A DNA stretch of 32,203 nt from Octopus sinensis (lineage: Eukaryota): positions 1-32,203 of the forward strand of contig NW_021829641.1 of NCBI RefSeq assembly GCF_006345805.1, given 5' to 3'. This document shows positions 23,600 to 32,203 of this stretch, piece after piece. The position numbers were made by a program, and so were the translations under genes. The notes beneath the pieces are model-generated. The model saw only the letters and a list, made by a program, of their open reading frames with translations. It was not told the origin of the DNA and did not search any database. Position 1 is the first letter of the stretch; each line of letters begins with the position of its first letter.

Positions 23600-24720
23600 T
23601 AGAGATTTTAGAACTAACAAGCCGGTCACCATTTCTGTCCTTGATGTAAAATATTCTTTCACTAATGTTCCAATGAGGAAAAAACAACAGAAGCGCTGAG
23701 AGTTAATGTTTAAATATATCCTAGAATAAAACCAGTCAAGTTACCAGATTATTGTAGAAACTATTTGTGACATGTCCAACAGAAGTAACTTTTAGCTGTC
23801 AGTAGACTGCTTATATAAACAAAATATGGGCAACCTTATGTACTTGTCCCTAATGCTCACCTTCATAGCACTCAAATCACATTTGTGTTCAATAGTTGCA
23901 CCAATACACGAACACATAATGTAAACTAGAAACACCGAAAAATGTCGAGAAATTTAAGAATTAAACTCCTTCATACAAACACTCAACATCTAGAATAATA
24001 CAAATGTGTGCTATTTCTTGCTACAAATATGGAGAACGAAGGAAAAGGAGAAGTATGTCATGTCTTTGTGCACAAACGATACAAATAAATTTACTTACAT
24101 AAAGAGAGCGAATGTCCATAGAGCTACAAAATGTCATTGTTAGAATCCTTATTTAGTATAGCAATAAAATTCTTTTCCACAAACGCAGTACTGGCTGAAA
24201 ACATTCGCAGAATAAAACAGCCACTAATTAACAGATATTTTACCAGACTAATAGACAAGACACAGAAGAACATAAGTATAACTATAACACAACAAATAGA
24301 TCAGCCATTAGGCTGATTAAAGCACACATAACATGTACTACAATAATGAAATGTATACCAACTATAAAACAGACGAACGCATTATCAACAATGTCGTAAA
24401 AGAGAACACAAAATACATCATACTAAACCGTAAACTACCACTTATAATAAATAATAAACAACGAACAAAATACTAAAATCAAAACCCTTCTCAACAACAA
24501 AGCACATACATGTAAATTCGAGGACAAGCCACTAATGACTACATTAGATTTATGAAGTTGATAGTAAACGTGAAAGTTGTAAAATTAATGAGCCAACTGT
24601 ATTAGTGAACATACATATACAGCACTTTCTCGTAGCTTTATCATGCATATACAATAAGGATTAGTTACAAAAAAAACTACACATCACAACACAAAACAAA
24701 ATAGAGCTAGATAGGAAAAC
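23600..24720 (+). mobile_element. Highly decayed Penelope-like element (RT to GIY-YIG)
   Basis: ISVLDVKYSFTNVP (motif A, 23631-23675), YKQNMG, SLFSIAIKFFSTNAVLAENIRRIKQPLINRYFTRLID (thumb) and IYEVDSKRESCKINE (GIY-YIG remnant, 24548). Confidence 0.7.
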
Positions 24721-25710
24721 ATTGGTGGACAGCATATCCATACTATGTAAAATTCCCGCCCCCTGTATAAGACGTTTTATAAAAATGGCGTCGTCGTACT
24801 TGTATTATTCTAGGTGTGAAATTTTAGCAAGGAGCAGTGTTTTAAGTCTTTCATTTTTACACGTCTTCCAGTGTAGCTATCACTACAAATATATTGTCCA
24901 TTTATCTTCCTTAAACGTATATAGAACTGCACGATACCACAGCATAAGAAACGAAAAATGAGAAATAAAATTTTGGAGGAATTGATCGGCTGACGAATAC
25001 GCAAAGCAACGCAAGAGATAGAGAATGCAGACGCTAAAACGTTAGAGTAAAATAATGCTATCGATAAATCAGTGAGAAACATTTTCTAAACAATATACAG
25101 TCAGCTCTCGACATGGCCTCACCATAATTTGTTTATATTGAATTCCTTCCGGACTGCTAAAAGTTACTTCAGTTCTGCATGTCACAGTTAGCTTCTCCAA
25201 TAAGCTTGTTGGTAATACGAGTCGTTTCATTCTAGTTTCTATTCTTTTATTACCAGAACGATGGTGGAAAAGTATTCTCGTTCTATGGTGGAAATGACAT
25301 TTCTTTCGTTGGATTCTTCTAATTGTTTAACGACAGAAATATAACTCGTAATACAGCTCAATGCTAAATGGAGCGCGTGCGCACACACACGCACACATAC
25401 TGGACCCGAGTCACTAACAAAATAAGCGTGAATAGGATTGATGACGTATATTTCTAACAATAAAATTTCAAAATGGGTTCCTGCGAATTATCTCTGGGGT
25501 AACGTTACTTCATATACTGCATAGCTCGGGGATCAGGGAATCGCTTTAGGTCGATCCGCTAATTGTCAGTACTTAGAGGCCATAGATCCAATACTTAGAA
25601 CTTGTGTTTAGAATGTCGCAAGCAGAAATTGTAAGATAGATTCTGCGAGCCAAGACAAACGACAGGAGACCGAGGGGGTAAAGTAAGAAGGAAATGGTTG
25701 AATCATATAC

Positions 25711-25941
25711 TCTTTACTCTTTTTTTTACTCTTTTACTTGTTTCAGTCATGTGACTGTGTCCATGCTGGAGCACTGCCTTTAGTTGAGCAAATTGACACC
25801 ATGACTTATTCTTTGTAAGCCTAGTACTTATTCTATTAGTCTCGTTTGCCGAATAGCTAAGTTGAGGGGACGTAAACACACCAGCATCGATTGTGAAGCG
25901 ATGTTGGGGGATAAACATAGACACATAAACATATACACACA

Positions 25942-26018
<77 letters not shown>

Positions 26019-26118
26019 TATACGATGGACTTCTTTCAGTTTCCGGCTACCAAATCCACCCACAAGGCTTTGGTTGGCCCGAGGCTATAGTAGAAGACGC
26101 TTGCCCAAGGTGCCACGC
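25711..26118 (-). mobile_element. SINE family A (tail plus partial head)
   Basis: Reverse complement of the family A tail and head around a (CA)n/(TA)n tract. Confidence 0.82.
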
Positions 26119-26213
26119 TTGGTTGTTACTGTGCGTATAGAATGTATATATGTATTGTAATATTTTGGGACAACTGGTACTTAACACAACAAAGCTTTTA
26201 CAAAGCTTTACAT

Positions 26214-26260
26214 TTTACTTTTGACAATCTTTTTCTAAAAAGTGAAACCGGTCAAGTGAA
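26214..26260 (+). ncRNA. Minimal type-I hammerhead motif (H8) with U3-A8 variant core
   Basis: TTTACTT-TTGACAA-T-CTTTT-TCTA-AAAAG-T-GAAAC-CG-GTC-AAGTGAA. 7-bp stem I (one G-U), palindromic ACCGGT stem III, GUC triplet; predicted cleavage after 26253. Confidence 0.75.
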
Positions 26261-26366
26261 TAAACATCTTTAAAGTTGCATTTTCAAACCTTCTTTCATA
26301 TATATTTCCACTCGTGCGGTACCTTACAATTTCACTTTGCTCTCTCTCTCTCTCTCTCTCTCTCAC

Positions 26367-26408
<42 letters not shown>

Positions 26409-26667
26409 TATTTAACGATGAATGCCGCTCCCTTGCTCAATCTCATCTTATCTTTCAAATTTTAATTACCTATCTTTATTTGAATCAGTGAAACCAATAG
26501 TAGAGATCATTAATCCAAAATACTGCCCAGTGGTTCGAACTCAAACACTTTTGGTTTCACAACGAAATACTCAACCATACCCCCAATGCATGGATCCTTG
26601 TATGCATAAAGTGCTACTGTCAATATTTTTACACTCATTGTATAGATAGAACAACTTGTTTACTCAC

Positions 26668-26849
26668 CATTGTGTTGAAGATCTAATAAAACTTGGTTGA
26701 ATTGATCAATATATTTCGACCCCTTCGGAAAGGCCACACCATAGCCAGCCATTGCGTACCAGTTTCCTACGGTACGTAATTTACACAAGTCATCTTGTCC
26801 TGCTCTGTACTCCAGCACTGTAGCGTCGTAGATGAAGGCATCAATCATA
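26668..26849 (-). CDS. Nmdar2: Internal exon of an NMDA-type ionotropic glutamate receptor, GluN2/Nmdar2-like subunit (S2 ligand-binding domain)
   Basis: [60 protein letters not shown](G) resembles GluN2 AFIYD..V L.Y..D..C.L.TVG and insect Nmdar2 WYAM.GYG. Acceptor TTTTCTCTCCCAG, donor G|GTGAGT; 182 nt = 1+180+1. Confidence 0.94.
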
Positions 26850-27192
26850 CTGGGAGAGAAAAGGGAATAGAAATAGCGATGTAAAGAATAAAGAAAAATA
26901 AACAAAAATGTCAGACAATAATTCATTGGTTCTCGCTTGGAAAGGATTTAGTTACTGTATTGAACAAAACTTGGAAACAGGACTATGTATGTATGTATGT
27001 GTGTGTATGTATGCCGTTAAAATAATAACTTCAGTTTCACAGGAATGCGAGTGCTTGCGAGCGTGCCATCGCATACGTGTATACACACACACTCACATAC
27101 ACACACATACACTCAGACACATACGCATAGACAAACACAGACATCCACACATATATATACATACATACGTGCGTATATATATAAAATATATT

Positions 27193-27262
<70 letters not shown>

Positions 27263-27274
27263 ATATATTTATAT

Positions 27275-27393
27275 TGGCCTGCTTGCTTAGCCAGCGGGGT
27301 GGCGTCATTCGAAGGCTAAAACAATGCGAACGCATTGTGACCAGCGATGTGTAACAACATCTGATGGTCTGGTCGGTCACATGATCACGTGAT
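27275..27393 (+). mobile_element. SINE-like repeat (family C)
   Basis: Inverted near-copy of 3196-3314. Confidence 0.75.
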
Positions 27394-27684
27394 ATGTATA
27401 TATATACTTTTATAATTCCAATAATAACTAAAACAAATGACTTATCCTTTAACCACTTACCGAAGGGAACAAACCTAAATATGCAGACCTGTTTAGAAAG
27501 TTCTCCATGCAAGAATAAATTCCAAACAATAACGACTCCAGATTTAATCAATGAAAATTTCTCCAGAACACCTCTCCATAACAACTCACCCTAAAATTGA
27601 AATAATTCGCCCCTCAAATCCACACACCCAATGAAGAATTTTATTCACCAGACTATATAAATACAAGATTCAACTCAATGCATT

Positions 27685-27729
27685 GCAGTCAGATAATGGC
27701 TCGACTGGCCGAAACTTCGAAGTTACTAT
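27685..27729 (+). ncRNA. Degenerate hammerhead motif (H9)
   Basis: AGT-CAGATAA-T-GGCT-CGACT-GGCC-GAAAC-TTCGAA-GTT-ACT. Stems intact with a 12-nt palindrome AACTTCGAAGTT; core differs from CTGATGA at two positions. Confidence 0.5.
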
Positions 27730-27992
27730 CTGTACTATTCTCCTTTTAGAATAATAAATTTGTACTCTACAAAACCTTAGAGTAACCCTGAAATTAATGT
27801 ATATATATATATATATATATACTCTACACAGCACTACCTTTGGGTAATGGTACTGCAACTGTAACATCCTACATGTATTTCTATTTTTACTTCTGTTCTC
27901 TAATTTCCATTTATACTTCCTATTTAGAACATTTTCCAAAATAATTCCTTATATTGAGCTCTACTATTTCCCTCTACGTACTCTCTCATATC

Positions 27993-28040
27993 GTCTCCGA
28001 TGAAGGGATATCCCTAATATCCCAGAAACAGCTGTAAGAT
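27993..28040 (+). ncRNA. Minimal hammerhead motif (H10), CCGAUGA core
   Basis: GTCT-CCGATGA-A-GGGATA-TCCCTAA-TATCCC-A-GAAAC-AGCT-GTA-AGAT; palindromic ACAGCTGT stem III. Confidence 0.7.
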
Positions 28041-28265
28041 TAACTTTCTCGTTATAAATGTCTTACAAATTTCACACAGCCTTGACTTTGTTGTCTCATT
28101 TTATTTAACATTTACATGATCAAACATGAAACGTATTAGATTCCTCATTCATATTATTATCGCACCAAGAGTCTAATTACGGTCCTGACGTAGCACTTAC
28201 CTTCCATCTTGGGTCATCTAGATACATGCATGCACGCATCCATATATATATATATATATTATATA

Positions 28266-28324
<59 letters not shown>

Positions 28325-28486
28325 CGACGGGCTTCTTTCAGTTTCCGTCTAACAAATCCACCGATAAGACATTGGTCGGTCCGAGGCAATAGTAGAAGTC
28401 AATTGCGTAAAGTGCCACGCAGTGGGACTGACCCGGAACCATATGGTTGGTAAGCAAGCTATTTACCACCACAGGCACTCTGCGTC
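28325..28486 (-). mobile_element. SINE family A head
   Basis: Reverse complement of the family A head. Confidence 0.82.
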
Positions 28487-28489
28487 TAA

Positions 28490-28553
<64 letters not shown>

Positions 28554-28618
28554 TATATACATATATATGTTCATGCATACATATATACATACACATACAT
28601 ATATATATATATATGTAT

Positions 28619-28670
<52 letters not shown>

Positions 28671-28693
28671 GCACACACCACACAGAGAATGTA

Positions 28694-28985
28694 AATAAGT
28701 AACAAATATGTACAGGTGTAAATTACATTACAGTTTTCAAGCGGCTGCATATTTAATTGATAAATGAATTAAATAATTAATCAATTAAATCTAGTCACTT
28801 GAAACGGCAGTTATGCATTGACACGTTTACATCTTTTTTACTTATTTATATTCTGCTCACCTAACTTGGAATCTACACTTCGGAAATGCTATTGAAAGAA
28901 CCTTTATAAAAAGTACCTGTCTGAATTAACAAGATCCGATATCTCCACTTAGCTGGGTTGCTTTGTCTGCCCACACGACAGAAAT
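28694..28985. repeat. Third member of the H2/H3 repeat family, with its own short inversion
   Basis: 28797-28985 aligns to 4390-4580; 28694-28763 is an inverted copy of 28776-28848. Confidence 0.8.
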
Positions 28986-29056
28986 ATTAAGTACAGATAG
29001 TATGTCATTAACCAGTTCGAGGAGATGTCTTTCGGGGGTTATAAACAATAGTAACA

Positions 29057-29178
29057 GTACATTATTTACATTATTTACATTTGACGGATATTTGTCCTCG
29101 TTTTGTATATCAGCCGAAACGTTGTGTTAACAGCAAACAAGATGAGGGGAAATATCTGTCAAATGTAAATAATGTACA
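29057..29178. repeat. Foldback repeat enclosing a half hammerhead (CAGCC-GAAAC-GTT)
   Basis: Arms ACATTATTTACATTTGACGGATATTT and AAATATCTGTCAAATGTAAATAATGT. Confidence 0.75.
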
Positions 29179-29287
29179 TAATTCCTCATCTCTTAAATAT
29201 AAAACTGGATCAGTAGTAACAGTGTTCTGGAACGACCACGTTGCGGCAGGGACAATAGTTACTGTTCAGTAGAGTTACCACCTACAT

Positions 29288-29438
29288 CTGGTATGGTAAG
29301 TAGCTTGCTTAAAAACCATATGATTCCGGGTTCGGTCCCACTGCGTGGCACCTTCGGCAAGTGTCTTCTACTATAGCCTCGGGCCGACCAAAACCTTGTT
29401 AGTGGATCTGGTTGACGGAAACTGAGAGGAGACCGTGG
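29288..29438 (+). mobile_element. SINE family A head
   Basis: GGTAAGTAGCTTGCTT..GGTTCGGTCCCACTGCGTGGCACC. Confidence 0.82.
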
Positions 29439-29546
29439 TATATATATATATATATATATATAAACCCAGCAGTAGGTGTCAAGATTGTGAGAGACAAATA
29501 GAAACACAAAGACACACACACACACTCACACACACACGCACGCACG

Positions 29547-29579
<33 letters not shown>

Positions 29580-29617
29580 CACTCACACTCACACACGCAC
29601 ACGCACACGCACACACA

Positions 29618-29749
29618 CGACGTCCTTCCACACAATTTCCGTCTATCAAATTCATTCAGAGAGCACTTGGTGGTCCAAGGTTAAGTAGAAAACATTTCTC
29701 CAATGTGCCGCAGAGTGGAACTGAAACCGAAATCCCGTAGCTGCGAAGC
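29618..29749 (-). mobile_element. Diverged SINE family A head
   Basis: Reverse-complement similarity to the family A head. Confidence 0.65.
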
Positions 29750-30761
29750 ACATGCGCGTGTGTAATCCCTGTTGTGCTCATCTGTTTTCAGTTTTGTTAT
29801 TGTTTTCACTGAACCACACCCAGTTCTAAATCAAACCGACCAATACCTATTAACCTTATATTTCCTCATAGTCATGACCGATACATTGTTTATTTGATGT
29901 ACAGCAAACAAGACACTTTAGGCTTTCGTAAACACCTGTTTTTATTGGCAGTGAACTTTCGTTAATTGCTTTTTACATCAATCGAACACGTTGTCTTAAT
30001 TAATTAGTCTGGGAAAGCTAAGACGTGACTAGGCTTTTGTAATGAGATCGACAATATCGTCAGAGATGTGGCTGGTGTTGAAGAAAGTTTGTTTACTGGG
30101 GGGAATATTTGAGCAAGTGTTGTGGATAAGAGATAATGGGATGAAGAGGGTCACGGAGTGAATTTTTAATTTCTGTCGAGGTAGATGTGTCACATGCTAA
30201 GATAGTAAGAAAACGTGTTGTAGCTGAGGTAAAAGAAATAAAATATAAGAGGGAAAAACAACAAAAAAACAAAGAAAAGAAACAGCATTTAAATTACTCA
30301 AGTTCCTTCTTCCTGTCTTATAAAACTTTATAACGATTTACCTTTTACATTTATGCGTTGTGGTCTTACTAAATTTTATTTTTGTCCCACAAGTCCGTTT
30401 CATATATTTATTAAGCAAATAGCGGAGTAGTTTTATTGTAGTAGCAAATTCACCTTGTTATTTGTCATCCAGTACCCACTGGTCTATTATGTAATATATA
30501 TATATATATATATATAATATATATATATATATATAGATATATATAGGTTATAAGAGGTAATGGTGTCACTGAGACCCAAAGGTATCAGGTTAATGCTGAA
30601 TAATGCTATAGACAGACTATAGTTAAGTTCCAGATTCGGTAATTTTGCGAATAAGGAGTCCAACGTTGGTCATATGTCAGCGTGTGTATATAAGAATTTT
30701 TTGCGTAATGAGATAAAAAAGAAACCCAAATCTGTGTAGATAGAACATTTATAGATAGAAT

Positions 30762-30813
30762 GTCTTACAGCTGTTTCCAGGATATTTATTAATTATATCC
30801 CTTCATCGGAGAC
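30762..30813 (-). ncRNA. Minimal hammerhead motif (H12), CCGAUGA core
   Basis: GTCT-CCGATGA-A-GGGATAT-AATTAATAA-ATATCCT-G-GAAAC-AGCT-GTA-AGAC; all three stems intact. Confidence 0.75.
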
Positions 30814-30987
30814 GGTGTGAGAGGAGGGTTAAGTAATACTTAATTTAGATAGCACACAAAATAGAGAGTGAGGTGGATCTACAACTTCAATATCCCTACA
30901 TATCTCGCATATATTTTATTTCCTCCATCTCACTCTCTATTTTGTATGCTATCTAAATTAAATATTACTTGACCATCCTCTCACACC

Positions 30988-31037
30988 GTCTCCGATGAAG
31001 GGATATAATTATAAAATCCTGGAAACAGCTTTAAGAC
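30988..31037 (+). ncRNA. Minimal hammerhead motif (H13), CCGAUGA core, stem III mismatch
   Basis: GTCT-CCGATGA-A-GGGAT..ATCCT-G-GAAAC-AGCT-TTA-AGAC. Confidence 0.62.
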
Positions 31038-31557
31038 CTATCTATAAATCTTCTAATATTACACAGCCTTGGTTTTTTACTCATTACGCAAAAAATTGTA
31101 CATAATCGAATATATAGATATATATATAGAATTATATATTATATAATATATATATATATATATGTGTGTATAGAATTATTAATAGTAGGAAATATAAAAT
31201 TCCAAGGCAACGGGGGAAACAAACTCAATTTAGTAATACTAAATTAAATTTCACGATTGTATTAAATATATGTAGAATTAAGAGACAGAACGTCAATAAA
31301 GTGATTCAATTAATAATGAAAGACATCTAAAATAAGATATAAATTTAAATATATTATTAATATTGTACTAAAAATTACTATACTAAATAATACACATTAA
31401 AACGACGACGCGAACTACTCTCTACATCGATATTATTAGATGTGTTAATGTTATTGCAAAAGGCTTCCCATTTAATCCTATAATAAAATTTTTTACATTA
31501 GAATTAGTTTCAACATATATTATTTTTTAGGTGGTATTATATATATATATAATATAG

Positions 31558-31676
<119 letters not shown>

Positions 31677-31976
31677 GGATGTTATGAGAATTAAATGGCA
31701 TTTTTACAAGTTTCAAATCTCGTGACGATACGGGTATGTTTGGCTTTTCAATTTACGATTCTTTTCGATTTTGGTGCGAGATTTAGAATTTCTGCTCATT
31801 CCTTCGATTTCAATTAATGCGTACCAGTGAAAATTTGTGCTCGTAGTTGTCTTTTAAGTGTGTTGGTGCCATTTGTTGCACCATTAATCATTAATTATAT
31901 ATGTATGTGTAATGCACACAGCCACACACACACAAACACACGAACGTACACACACACACACACACACACACACCAC

Positions 31977-32013
<37 letters not shown>

Positions 32014-32203
32014 TGCGGAGATGTACTTGTATAGCAAGTGACTTGATCTGAGATCGTATGCTGAAACAAAAACAACTGCAACGTGGATGGTGTTTATAAG
32101 CCATTTAAGAACATACAAAAACCGTTAGATTCACTTCAACATGTAAATTTAATTTGTCAAACTATATTTTCGCCGCTTTGAGGCCGGACCGTTTTTCAAC
32201 CTG

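Larger units (their letters stand above)
30695..31097. repeat. Inverted repeat (arms ~30695-30877 and ~30924-31097), each arm carrying a hammerhead
   Basis: Arms are reverse complements around a ~46-nt spacer; same family as H10. Confidence 0.92.

Noticed and set aside
24990-25045. CTGACGA downstream of the decayed PLE
   Set aside because: No GAAA and no stem I partner.
25211-25254. Minus-strand GGTAA..GAAAC-GACTC-GTA-TTACC
   Set aside because: Stems I and III fit, but the core (TAAAAGA) has three mismatches and stem II is broken; at best a fossil.
32130-32203. Minus-strand TTGAAAA..GCGGC-GAAAATAT hammerhead-like motif at the window edge
   Set aside because: Spacing is irregular and stem I cannot be evaluated because the window ends.

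Overview
AT-rich, microsatellite-dense metazoan DNA. The SINE families resemble those I recall from octopod cephalopods; this is recognition, not a database search. The only host coding sequence I can support is one 182-nt minus-strand exon (26668-26849) encoding part of the S2 ligand-binding domain of an invertebrate NMDA receptor 2 subunit, so much or all of the window is probably intron of that gene. The remainder is mostly mobile DNA: tRNA-derived SINEs, decayed mariner, Helentron-type non-autonomous elements, an R4/Dong-like LINE sitting in (TAA)n, three Tx1-like LINE 3' ends sitting in (TATC)n, and fragments of at least three Penelope-like element (PLE) families. A ~3.8-kb block is tandemly duplicated (5013-8868 / 8869-12730), either a recent duplication or a haplotype/assembly artefact. 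The most unusual signal is a dense set of minimal type-I hammerhead ribozyme motifs: ten complete or nearly complete ones plus several remnants, folded by eye. Most have palindromic stem III. Variant catalytic cores recur, namely a compensatory U3-A8 pair in two unrelated families, a family-wide U4C core, and non-Watson-Crick 10.1/11.1 positions. Several motifs sit in long inverted repeats. No ribozyme activity has been tested.
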